IMG/VR virus record: IMGVR_UViG_3300025930_000007
Coordinates: 124,001-188,000 of that record
Length of the DNA stretch: 64,000 bases
Reading direction: 5' to 3' (one strand)
The notes under the pieces: model-generated
Told to the model about the DNA's origin: nothing
Databases searched by the model: none
The model's input: the letters and a program-made list of their open reading frames with translations, nothing else
Program-made: the position numbers and the translations under genes
In this document: in pieces, positions 1-8,386 of the stretch
How positions within the stretch are numbered: the first letter of the stretch is position 1
Layout: each line of letters opens with the position of its first letter

Positions 1-288
1 CTGCGCAAGCTCCAGGGATTCCCTCCAACCTGGCTTGGAATCATCGGCCCTGATGGAGATATAGAAACACCTGATGATCTTTGGATTGAGCCGGCTTGGA
101 ATGTGATCGAGGTACAGCGGCTGTGGGATAACCACGACGGCCGTAACTTCGGCACCGCAGTCGTCGCAATCTATATCTGGAGCCTTCAGTCGCGTTCATG
201 GATCCGGGACAAGAAGTGGGGAATCATGGGTCGCGAAGGAAGTACCGGCCCTGCCGACCGGGACGATGAACACGATCGCATCTGCTAG
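1..288 (+). CDS. hypothetical protein, 5'-truncated by the window
   Basis: Frame 1 is open from base 1 to TAG at 286-288; the next gene's SD follows. Confidence 0.55.
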   Translation: MRKLQGFPPTWLGIIGPDGDIETPDDLWIEPAWNVIEVQRLWDNHDGRNFGTAVVAIYIWSLQSRSWIRDKKWGIMGREGSTGPADRDDEHDRIC

Positions 289-296
289 GAGGCGCT

Positions 297-446
297 ATGA
301 AAACACGTAAGAAGCGCAACTGCGGATACTCTCCCTGCAATACTCCCCTGGATCGCGGTCGCAAGTGCATCGTGTGCAAGAAGAGCATCCAATGTCCGAA
401 ATGCGGTCGCTGTGTCTACTGCTCGGGAGACTTCGCGAAGTTCTAA
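297..446 (+). CDS. small Cys-rich (zinc-finger-like) protein, 49 aa, absent from the ORF track
   Basis: GGAGG SD, then MKTRKKRNCGYSPC...CIVC...CPKCGRCVYC...KF-TAA. Confidence 0.65.
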   Translation: MKTRKKRNCGYSPCNTPLDRGRKCIVCKKSIQCPKCGRCVYCSGDFAKF

Positions 447-470
447 CCTAGTTAATCTCCTTCCTTTGGG

Positions 471-501
471 GGCTGGGCGCTTCTCACCGGAGCGCCCAGC
501 C
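471..501 (+). terminator. GC-rich hairpin, probable intrinsic terminator
   Basis: GGCTGGGCGCT-9 nt-AGCGCCCAGCC perfect 11-bp stem just after the 297-446 ORF; T-tract is weak. Confidence 0.5.
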
Positions 502-614
502 ACCTCTTAATCATGCTGGTTTTATTTGATCACGTAGGTTAAACTTTCAGGTGTCTGCTCCCCCAAGCAGATCGGTATCCTTAGAGCTGTCCGCCCGCCT
601 GAAGAGTCCATTGC

Positions 615-983
615 ATGCGCGATCCTGCGGCCTATAAGCTTGACAAGCTGATCGTTACGGCCAAGCAACTTGGATCGTCCAGGCTATTTCTTGTGAAGAT
701 CATCGGCATGGGTGATCAATTCCAGACTTCCGTCGAGGCCAACAGTCCGATTGAAGCGGCAAAAGATGTCGTCGAGGAATTGACATTTGCAGCCCATCAT
801 CCTCATAAGTTTTTCAACCGGCGAAAGCTCGCCGCGCAGCAGTCTGGAGCTATGGGCCATGACTTCGATAAGATGATCGAAGTGGCGAACGAGGCAGTCG
901 GGTATGCCGCTCTCATGAAAGAAAACCTGATCAGGGCGGTATTCGCCCTTGACGATGGCACATTCCGAAAGCTCGGGGGATAA
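615..983 (+). CDS. hypothetical protein
   Basis: 122-aa ORF abutting the next gene (TAAAATG). Confidence 0.6.
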   Translation: MRDPAAYKLDKLIVTAKQLGSSRLFLVKIIGMGDQFQTSVEANSPIEAAKDVVEELTFAAHHPHKFFNRRKLAAQQSGAMGHDFDKMIEVANEAVGYAALMKENLIRAVFALDDGTFRKLGG

Positions 984-984
984 A

Positions 985-2106
985 ATGAGATTCTTTCCAG
1001 TCGTCAACCTGTCCCCGCGATTGGGCCAGGTAAAGGAGTTCCCGATCCTTCCGGATGCTGCGCTCGCGCGGATCTGCGGGGCCGTAGAGGAATACAACGA
1101 ATGGAAGGACTGGGCGGACACTCCCACGGGCGATCGCCATATCCGCGATGCGATCGCCAACGTCCAGAGCATGATCAACACCGTTCGTCCTGATTTCCAG
1201 AAGGGTGCAGCTCAAGAGATCAGCAAGTACTGCCCTGATTCTGATGATCTGATCGGCCATCTCAATGTGTTCCAGGGAACGACACCCCCGGCGATTCCTC
1301 CAAGTCAAACGATGGTCGCAACGGGAGACACGTCTCGGACGTATCCGCCGCCTCCTCCCAATACGAATCCTCCGGTCGCCACTGGAGCTCCGGGCCCGGG
1401 CGCCGGCGCCTTCAAACCACAACCTCCCGTAGCGAGTACGGATTTCCCTTTTCATCGCCCATATGTTCCTCCCGGAGAACCAGGACCCAATGTAACAGGT
1501 GAACCAGTAACCACTGGGTTCACGGGATCCGAACCTGAACCCGAACCCGTTCCCCCTTCTCCAGCACAGCCGCCAATGACGCCGCCGCCGGTAGCGACCG
1601 AGGGCGCCGCTTGCTACTACGTCATCGGACAGGGCTATAGCTGGGGCGCACGGCCATCTGGAGGTGAGACTACCGGGTTGAATAAGAGGGACTGCGAAGC
1701 TATCCAGGCGAACTATAATTCAGTTCGTGGTCTTTCAGTTCAGAATCTGGAAACGCCCCCAGTCCAAGCCACGCAGTTCACGCAGGAGTCCAACCAGGTG
1801 GCTCAAGCGCCTACAGCTCCCAGTATGCAGCCTGCAATCGAAACGCGGCCGGATGTGGCCAGCACGATGTGTCCCCCAGGACAGTTCTGGGATGGTCGTA
1901 AGTGCCGAGGGTCAGTGGATACCAGCGCTGGTGGCATTTTCGGCCAAGCGATGAACCTCGGGCCTTCGGGAGCCAGTTTGCCGGCTGGAAACGTGGCATT
2001 CGGAGGAGAAGGCTTCTCGAGCGGCGGCGCTCCTGGGGAATTCTCCATGGTCGGAAGAGTTCGGCCTAATATGGGGAGACGTTCCTTCCCGGTCGTCAAC
2101 CTGTAA
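985..2106 (+). CDS. Pro-rich protein with LGQ leader and small Cys modules, possibly virion-associated
   Basis: Starts MRFFPVVNLSPRLGQ, ends RRSFPVVNL; Pro-rich linkers; CPPGQFWDGRKC module. Confidence 0.65.
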   Translation: MRFFPVVNLSPRLGQVKEFPILPDAALARICGAVEEYNEWKDWADTPTGDRHIRDAIANVQSMINTVRPDFQKGAAQEISKYCPDSDDLIGHLNVFQGTTPPAIPPSQTMVATGDTSRTYPPPPPNTNPPVATGAPGPGAGAFKPQPPVASTDFPFHRPYVPPGEPGPNVTGEPVTTGFTGSEPEPEPVPPSPAQPPMTPPPVATEGAACYYVIGQGYSWGARPSGGETTGLNKRDCEAIQANYNSVRGLSVQNLETPPVQATQFTQESNQVAQAPTAPSMQPAIETRPDVASTMCPPGQFWDGRKCRGSVDTSAGGIFGQAMNLGPSGASLPAGNVAFGGEGFSSGGAPGEFSMVGRVRPNMGRRSFPVVNL

Positions 2107-2156
2107 GATTGATTTCCTCTCGGTTACCAGTACACTGGTAACCAAGGGAGGAGATC

Positions 2157-2600
2157 ATGGAAGCCAGCCGCGAACTCGACGTTCAGATCGCTCGTGACGT
2201 GATGGGCCTTAGACCCTGCCATTTCATGATCGATGCCATGTTCTCGGCCTGGGCGACCGCCTGGCGCTGCAGATGCGCGACGACTCATCAATGCTATCCC
2301 GAGAACAAAGACGCGATCGAACATGCCCATTCTCCGCTCCGCAAGTATTCATCCCAGCTTGAGGCCGCATGGGAAGTGTTGGTCCAGGAAGGCTCTCGCT
2401 TCCTCTTCGTGCGGCGGCTTTCTTCCCGCGGCGGCGAGGACTTCCGTCTTTGCCGGGATTATCCTGTCTCAGAAACCTACTGGCTGGAGTACATGACGCC
2501 GGGAGGCCTACACCGAGGTCCGGATGCGAAGACGCCGGCGCTCGCGATCTGCCTTGCGGCGATCGATGCGACCAAGAGCGAGAAGCGTGGCGAGAAATAA
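2157..2600 (+). CDS. phage ABA-sandwich domain-like protein
   Basis: ELDVQIARDVMG ... YSSQLEAAWEV ... TPALAICLAAI pattern; GGAGGAG SD. Confidence 0.7.
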   Translation: MEASRELDVQIARDVMGLRPCHFMIDAMFSAWATAWRCRCATTHQCYPENKDAIEHAHSPLRKYSSQLEAAWEVLVQEGSRFLFVRRLSSRGGEDFRLCRDYPVSETYWLEYMTPGGLHRGPDAKTPALAICLAAIDATKSEKRGEK

Positions 2601-2921
2601 ATGAAGGGTCGAAGGATCCAGATCGAGGTCATCGACGGAAAGGCGCAGTTCCCTCTTCTGGAACAACCCGGGGACTATGCCGGGCCGGTAATGGGCTTCA
2701 GCGGTCCAGTTCCAGCCGTGTTCTTTCTGAAGCCGAATGCACGAGATCCCAATGCCCCGAAATGTGCTAGAGCCATTCAGCACGTAGTCTCGCCGCCCCA
2801 CGTTTTCACCGAAGAGCCCGATGGGACTTTAACGATCACGGCATCGATTGGGGACATGCACGGATCCCAGAGCGACGGCTATCATTGCTACCTGACGAAA
2901 GGCGAATGGATCAAGTGCTGA
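2601..2921 (+). CDS. DUF6527-like small protein
   Basis: C-terminal TLTITASI...YHCYLTKGEWIKC pattern. Confidence 0.5.
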   Translation: MKGRRIQIEVIDGKAQFPLLEQPGDYAGPVMGFSGPVPAVFFLKPNARDPNAPKCARAIQHVVSPPHVFTEEPDGTLTITASIGDMHGSQSDGYHCYLTKGEWIKC

Positions 2922-2933
2922 AGTTGCCCGCCC

Positions 2934-2963
2934 TTGATTTCACCCGTAAACGCCGGATATAAT
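2934..2963 (+). promoter_or_regulatory. sigma70-like promoter with GTAAAC box
   Basis: TTGATT-18-TATAAT; GTAAACGCCG in spacer; GTG 6 nt after the -10. Confidence 0.6.
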
Positions 2964-2969
2964 TCACCC

Positions 2970-4031
2970 GTGCCTCAGGACAATGTACTCAATCCTTCCG
3001 AATTCAACGTCGTCTATACCGCACGGAATGAATGGCGGAAGTCGATCGTCCAGAATGGAGGCATCAGCACCCCTCTCGTCACCGAGCTCATCAATCGGAT
3101 GTATGCCGTCTGTAAGATCCCGCCTCCCAAAGTCTATCGATTCGGATCTCCGCTTGCCTGCATCCTCGCCATTCCCTACCTCAGCGGGCTTCATGGCACC
3201 GGCTATTACGAATCCGCGATTCTCAAGATCCTGAAGGGCCCGCAGCTTCACAATCTCGGCGCCCGCTTCAATGGCCGGAATGCCTTTGCTCGACAGGGCG
3301 ATGACCGCTGGGATCGTCTTGCGGACCTGCTCCAGGTGAGCTTGGAACTGCCGATTAAGGCTCAGGTCAACGATTCCTTCATCGAGAACTTCAAGAAGGA
3401 TCTTCTCGAAGCGACGAAGGGGACGTGCAAGGCTGAGAAGATCGACATCCTGACCGATAAGTACCATCGTCTTACTGGCAGAGATGTTGTCCATGAAAAC
3501 TCGCGGATGCAGTGGTGGACGGACATGGCTCGTACGGGACTCTATTGGTGGCCGTATCGCAACTTCGCGGTCGTCTCAGAATATCCTAAGATCTGGCATC
3601 GTGGGCAGCGCGACGTTCCTCATCATGACTCAGAGGCCGCGATCCAGTTCCCAGATGACTACAAGCTCTGGGTCTGGCAGGGTGTTCAGGTGACGGCCCA
3701 GATCATCGCCTTCCCCGAGACGATCACGGTCAGACAGGTCCGCGAGGAGTCCAACTCTGAGGTCCAGCGCATCATGATCTCACGCATGGGCGCCGGGAAG
3801 TACCTCAAGGAAACGAACTGCGAGCTCGTGGACATGGACAGCATGACGCTCCAGGGAAGCGCTCCTCGGGCGCTCATGCGGGACGACCTCGGGAATATGT
3901 GGCTTGTCGGGACGGACGGATCGACGGCCCGCGTATATACTATGGCCGTTCCTTCGGATGTCTCGACCTGCAAGGAAGCCCACGAAAGGATTTGCGGTTT
4001 CGGTGAGAATAGATTGATTGCGGAGGCATAG
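2970..4031 (+). CDS. DUF6745 domain protein
   Basis: WWPY...SEYP...HHDSEAAIQFPDDYKLWVWQGVQV...EESNSEVQRIMISRMG; start moved to GTG 2970 because TTG 2934 is the -35 box. Confidence 0.75.
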   Translation: MPQDNVLNPSEFNVVYTARNEWRKSIVQNGGISTPLVTELINRMYAVCKIPPPKVYRFGSPLACILAIPYLSGLHGTGYYESAILKILKGPQLHNLGARFNGRNAFARQGDDRWDRLADLLQVSLELPIKAQVNDSFIENFKKDLLEATKGTCKAEKIDILTDKYHRLTGRDVVHENSRMQWWTDMARTGLYWWPYRNFAVVSEYPKIWHRGQRDVPHHDSEAAIQFPDDYKLWVWQGVQVTAQIIAFPETITVRQVREESNSEVQRIMISRMGAGKYLKETNCELVDMDSMTLQGSAPRALMRDDLGNMWLVGTDGSTARVYTMAVPSDVSTCKEAHERICGFGENRLIAEA

Positions 4032-4457
4032 ATGAAGCTGAGCCAGGTGACGAACGCGGTCGAAGCCCAGGAAATGATCCAGGAGAAGGCCAAGGAACTG
4101 GCCGTCCAGGACAAGCGCACGGTCCTGAAGATGGAAGTTGGTCAGGTCGTCCGCCAGGGCGACATCTACATCCACCGCGTTCCGAATGATCACGAGCGCG
4201 GACTGGAGCTCAAGACCCGCCAGCTCGCGCTGGGCGAGTCCATGGGCAGCCGGCATATCGCTGAAGCGCCGGCCAAGGTCTGCGAAGGGACCGAAGCCCC
4301 GGGCTGGGCACAGACGGAACTGCTCGGGCCCTGCATCGTCGCCGAGCTTCCGTTCACGGTCTCGCACCCGGAGCACGCGCACATCGACCTTCCGGCCGGA
4401 GTCTATCAGGTGACGCACCAGATGGATGCGCGGACGCGGAAGCGCGTGATCGACTAA
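4032..4457 (+). CDS. conserved phage protein usually paired with DUF6745
   Basis: RQGDI...LALGESMGSRH...HPEHAHIDLPAGVY motifs. Confidence 0.7.
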   Translation: MKLSQVTNAVEAQEMIQEKAKELAVQDKRTVLKMEVGQVVRQGDIYIHRVPNDHERGLELKTRQLALGESMGSRHIAEAPAKVCEGTEAPGWAQTELLGPCIVAELPFTVSHPEHAHIDLPAGVYQVTHQMDARTRKRVID

Positions 4458-5522
4458 CTCCGGAGGAAGGCCTCCACGAATCCACCGAGATCGCCATCCA
4501 GCACCTTGCTGGTGGCCGACGTCTCATACTCCGTCCGATGGTCCTTGATAAGCTGATACGGCTCCAGGACATAGCTTCGGATCTGATGGCCGAAGGAGGC
4601 CTCGAGCTTCGGACGTCGCTCGATCTTGTTCTCCTCAGCCTGCCGCAGCTTGGAAGCCAGGATCTCCAGGGCGTTGACCTTGTTCTGGAGCTGGGAGCGA
4701 TGGTTCTGGCACTTTGCCGTGATCCCGGTGGGCAAGTGCCGGATCCGGACGGCACTCGCCACTTTGTTCACGTTCTGACCGCCTGGACCGCCTGAACAGA
4801 AGGTCTCAATCTCCAGGTCCTTCTCGGCCAGTTCCACGTCCACTTCTGAATAGACTGGCATGACGTCGACGGCCGCGAAGCTCGTCTGCTTCTTGCCGTT
4901 GGCATCAAATCTGGAGACGTGCTGGACCCGGTGGACCCCACGTTCACCCCGGAGTTTCCCATAGGCATAGGGACCGATCACCTCGATCTCCGAATGATGG
5001 ATGCCGGCCGTGGATCCTTCCAGCCGATCTGTGATGGATACCTGGAATCCTTCTCTTTCCAGGTACCGGAAATACATTCGCTCAAGCTGCTCAGCCCAAT
5101 CCATCGCGTCGACGCCGCCGGCGCCCGACTGGATCGTGATGATCGCGTTCCGAAGATCGTCGTTGCCGTTGAAGAGCGCCTGAGTCTCGATCGCTTGAAG
5201 CCTTGCAGCGAGTTTCGGAAGGATCATGGCGATCTCTCCCAGGACCGGGGCGTCCACGACCGGATCCGCCAGTTCAAGCAGCTCGGCCTGGTCTTGAAGA
5301 TCGGTCGTCAGGGTAGTTATGGGGTCGGAGATCTTACGGAGGTGTTTTTGTTCTTCGATCAGAGACCGAGCGGAGTCCGGACGGCTCCAGAAATCTGGAG
5401 CTCCCATCCGCCGCTCAATCTCCAGGATGCGTTCCGAGTGGACATGGATGCTAAAGCGACTCCTCGAGGGCTGCGAGCTTGGTGAGCATGGACCCGAGAT
5501 TCCGCGCGAGTTCGTCCTTCAT
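4454..5522 (-). CDS. prfB: peptide chain release factor 2-like protein made by a programmed +1 frameshift at CTT-TAG-C
   Basis: GGQ (SGGPGGQNVNK, 4775-4783), GAGGVDAMDWA, FGHQIRSYV; 23-codon first ORF from ATG 5522 (SD AAGGAGG) ends in CTT TAG; the +1 frame continues SIHVHSERILEIERRMGAPDFW. Confidence 0.93.
5450..5465 (-). promoter_or_regulatory. prfB-type +1 ribosomal frameshift site with a UAG sensor codon
   Basis: GAGGAG (internal SD)-TCG-CTT-TAG-C; same 3-nt spacing and position as canonical AGGGGG-TAT-CTT-TGA-C. Confidence 0.9.
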
Positions 5523-6148
5523 AAGGACCTCCTTTCGGTTTCAAGTATATCCCTGAGGTTCCAGAGGGCAAGGAACTTCTTGGGATTGGTCTCCTTCCGA
5601 GGCACTTCGATCATGTCAATCGGGTTGCCCAGGTCATAGGGAGTCTGCTGCAGGTCGATCGGCGCGAACTCGCCAGCCGTCATTCCCGTCCGGAAGATGT
5701 TTGGCCAGCCGGGAGCCGTGGTAGAGGCCAGGAAGCGACTGCCGTTCGTGATGAGGGATCTAAGCAGTGGAAGTACTTCGGAATCCGGCAGATGGATCAG
5801 GACGTCCTTGCAGAGCACTAGGTCGGCCTTTTTGGGTTCTATCGAGAGGATGTCGGCATGATGGAATCTGATTGACGGAGTGGCGTATTTCCTCGCAGCT
5901 TCCACCGCGGACCGGACGATATCGTACCCATCATATTCGATGCCGGAGAGATCGACCTCCTTCAGCCAGTGGAAGTCACCGCAACCCAGATCCACGATGG
6001 ACTTGATGTTGAGGCTCCGGATCCAGACCGGAAGCTTCTGGATGATCTCCGCGCATGCTTCGATGGTTGAACCAGGTCCGCAAGGGGTCTCTTTGGATCC
6101 CCAAGCGTTCGACGAGACGATCCGGGAAAAGCGCTCTTCCAGGTTCAT
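5519..6148 (-). CDS. class I SAM-dependent methyltransferase
   Basis: IVDLGCGD motif I, YDGYDIV, ADLVLCKDVLIHL; TGA overlaps the release factor ATG (ATGA); start MNLEERF is 7 nt after TACAAT. Confidence 0.85.
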   Translation of the reverse strand: MNLEERFSRIVSSNAWGSKETPCGPGSTIEACAEIIQKLPVWIRSLNIKSIVDLGCGDFHWLKEVDLSGIEYDGYDIVRSAVEAARKYATPSIRFHHADILSIEPKKADLVLCKDVLIHLPDSEVLPLLRSLITNGSRFLASTTAPGWPNIFRTGMTAGEFAPIDLQQTPYDLGNPIDMIEVPRKETNPKKFLALWNLRDILETERRSL

Positions 6149-6276
6149 CGCCGGGATTGTACACGAAGTCGCTGCATGGGAAAAGCGCTTGAGTCCTAAG
6201 CATTTGAAGGTTAGACTATTGGCGTCGGCCCTCACCCCTCCCGGGGCCTTCCTCTGAAAGGAAGGTCTGTCTCTTC

Positions 6277-6687
6277 ATGGCGAAGATCCCCGTCAAACGG
6301 ATCTGGCTTCGCAGAGCCGAAGGTCCAACCAATGATCTTGGGGAAAGAACCGTCACATCCTTCAATGCCGCAGACAAGCAGCTCAAGACCTGGGCCCGGA
6401 CGGCCCCCAAGGGTGAGAGAAGCGGGTATGACAAGACCGACTTCCAGGTTGAGTGGGAAGACGGCGAGACATATAAGGGCCGCTACGATCTGAAGTACGA
6501 CGATACCCTAAAAAGCAACCTCCTCGGCTCGCAGATCCAGCACTACGCGGCTTTCCATGCTGGCATTTTCTGTCCAGAACACATGAGTCGAGAGCAATAC
6601 CACGAATATCTTGAGCAGAGCGGCTTCGGAGAAGGCAGCGAGAAACGCGCTGAGGCTCTAGCCTTCCTTCAGAACTACGAGATGTGA
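6277..6687 (+). CDS. LPD25-like (large polyvalent protein) domain protein
   Basis: GYDKTDFQVEWEDGETYKGRYDL signature. Confidence 0.6.
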   Translation: MAKIPVKRIWLRRAEGPTNDLGERTVTSFNAADKQLKTWARTAPKGERSGYDKTDFQVEWEDGETYKGRYDLKYDDTLKSNLLGSQIQHYAAFHAGIFCPEHMSREQYHEYLEQSGFGEGSEKRAEALAFLQNYEM

Positions 6688-6688
6688 G

Positions 6689-7015
6689 ATGCCGAAGAAG
6701 AAAGACATTCAAGAACTCGTCGTCGTCTTCGAGAGCATGTACAAGTATTACAAGGGCTGGGTGTTCTCCTACGAGCATCCTGGCGTCTTCGTATATTTCC
6801 AGATGGGCGGTGATCTCGGCGTGTACTTCACCCCCGATTTCGATAAGAACGGTGTCGTCCCGATCCAAGTCACCAACAACGATGGGGAGACACTTAAGGT
6901 TGAGGATGTTTCTTACGAGCACCCCGAACACAACGGCGTTCCATACGAGCAGATCGAGGCCTACAGCCTCTTCAAGATCGTTCGACCACACCTGGAAAGA
7001 TTAGGAGCATGGTGA
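6689..7015 (+). CDS. hypothetical protein
   Basis: 108-aa ORF tightly packed between neighbours. Confidence 0.65.
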   Translation: MPKKKDIQELVVVFESMYKYYKGWVFSYEHPGVFVYFQMGGDLGVYFTPDFDKNGVVPIQVTNNDGETLKVEDVSYEHPEHNGVPYEQIEAYSLFKIVRPHLERLGAW

Positions 7016-7554
7016 TGATCAACCTGAGACTGCAGCGCGCGGGACTGGGTCAAGCGGCTGCCGCGGCATCGAAAGTGGTGGAACTCACCGATGCTCAGTG
7101 GAGCCAGGTGACGGCTGCTCCGAAGGCGGTCGTCAAGTTCTACAGCCCGAACTGCCCGTATTCCCGGGCCTTCGCGCCGATCTATGAGGGTCTGGCCGCG
7201 CAATACCCGGACGTTCTGTTCGCCGCCATCAACGTCGACCAGAGCGTTCAGCAGGCCGGCGTGAACAAGATCCAGATGCTTCCGACCGTGATCTTCTTCG
7301 TGAACGGCGTGGCTAAGGGCAGGATCGACGGGGTACAGGAAGCATCAGACTTCCAGCAAGGGATGGCCACGGCATTCTCTGCCAGCACTCCGGCCGGCGC
7401 ACCGGCTCCGGCGGCCGCCCCTGCAGTGGGGACGCCTCGCGCGGGAACCTTGGTGGAGACTGCGCCTACTTCTCCCCTCGCTTATGTCGCTGGCGGCGCC
7501 GCGGCGGTAGCAGCGCTTGGTACTGCGGCCTATTTCCTGTTCCGTGGAAAGTAA
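7009..7554 (+). CDS. thioredoxin-fold protein (CxxS) with C-terminal membrane anchor
   Basis: VVKFYSPNCPYS, INVD, MLPTVIFFVNG; Ala/Pro linker; hydrophobic tail ending FRGK. Confidence 0.85.
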   Translation: MVMINLRLQRAGLGQAAAAASKVVELTDAQWSQVTAAPKAVVKFYSPNCPYSRAFAPIYEGLAAQYPDVLFAAINVDQSVQQAGVNKIQMLPTVIFFVNGVAKGRIDGVQEASDFQQGMATAFSASTPAGAPAPAAAPAVGTPRAGTLVETAPTSPLAYVAGGAAAVAALGTAAYFLFRGK

Positions 7555-7563
7555 GAGGGCATC

Positions 7564-8100
7564 ATGATCGATCTCAGAGGCGGAACATGGCTCGGCATGG
7601 TGCCGCTCGTCGACCGGCCATCTCTTGGTGCCGGGGCGCAGGATCTCAGCGACGCGGCCTTCAACCAGGTCCTATCGGCGCCGAAGGCGATCGTGGACTT
7701 CTGGAGTCCAGGCTGCCCGCACTGCATGCAGTTCAAGCCGATCTTCGAGGCTGTCGCCTCGCAATATCCGGACATCCTGTTCGCAGCAGTGAACGTGGAC
7801 AACTATCAGCAGAACGCAGCGATCTACCAGATCAGCGGTCTGCCCACGGTCGTCTTCTACCAGAACGGGAAGGAAGTAGACCGGATGGTGGGCGGGGCGG
7901 GGAGCGCCGCAGAGTTCCAGGCTGAGATCGCCAAGGCATTCTCGGGTGGCGGTTCATCGCCTCAAGGCCTGACCCCTGCGGGCGTCTCGATTCCCGCTTC
8001 CAGCGCTCCCAGCACTCTTTCGACGGTCGTGGGCGCTACCGCCCTTGTCGGCGTCCTTGGCGCCGTGTCCTACTTCGGCTACCAACTGCTGAAGAAGTGA
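7564..8100 (+). CDS. thioredoxin (CPHC) with C-terminal membrane anchor
   Basis: IVDFWSPGCPHC, VNVD, GLPTVVFYQNGKEVDRMVG; hydrophobic tail ending LLKK. Confidence 0.88.
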   Translation: MIDLRGGTWLGMVPLVDRPSLGAGAQDLSDAAFNQVLSAPKAIVDFWSPGCPHCMQFKPIFEAVASQYPDILFAAVNVDNYQQNAAIYQISGLPTVVFYQNGKEVDRMVGGAGSAAEFQAEIAKAFSGGGSSPQGLTPAGVSIPASSAPSTLSTVVGATALVGVLGAVSYFGYQLLKK

Positions 8101-8104
8101 GGAG

Positions 8105-8374
8105 ATGAGCATGTTCCAGAGAGGTCCGTGGCTCGGTCAGGTTCCCCTCGTCACCAATCTGTCCATGGGGGCAACGGCCATTGTGCCGCCTTACTATGGA
8201 CAGTGGAGCGTGACGGGCGGAGCAAGCGGTCAGGTCGGTCCATTCGACACTCCCGAGGACGCCTTCCAGGCAGCCGTCAAGGCGGCCCGGGACGCGGGAG
8301 CTGCTCGGCTTCCGGATAACGGCTATGCCCGCGTGGTGGATTCGCAGGGAAACCCTGCAGGTCCGGCGACTTAA
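8105..8374 (+). CDS. small protein with GPWLGQ leader, paralog of 8387-8683
   Basis: PPYYGQWSV..G.VGPF...DAF.AA..AA..AGA..LP..G.A.V.DS.G shared with the next gene. Confidence 0.75.
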   Translation: MSMFQRGPWLGQVPLVTNLSMGATAIVPPYYGQWSVTGGASGQVGPFDTPEDAFQAAVKAARDAGAARLPDNGYARVVDSQGNPAGPAT

Positions 8375-8386
8375 ACGGAGGACGCA

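Noticed and set aside
4454-5407. ORF-track model of the release factor starting at ATG 5407, or a frameshifted pseudogene
   Set aside because: The upstream SD, ATG and complete prfB slippery cassette restore the missing N-terminal helix; the break is at the canonical position.
5519-6148. PrmC/HemK assignment for the methyltransferase
   Set aside because: No NPPY motif and no PrmC N-terminal domain.
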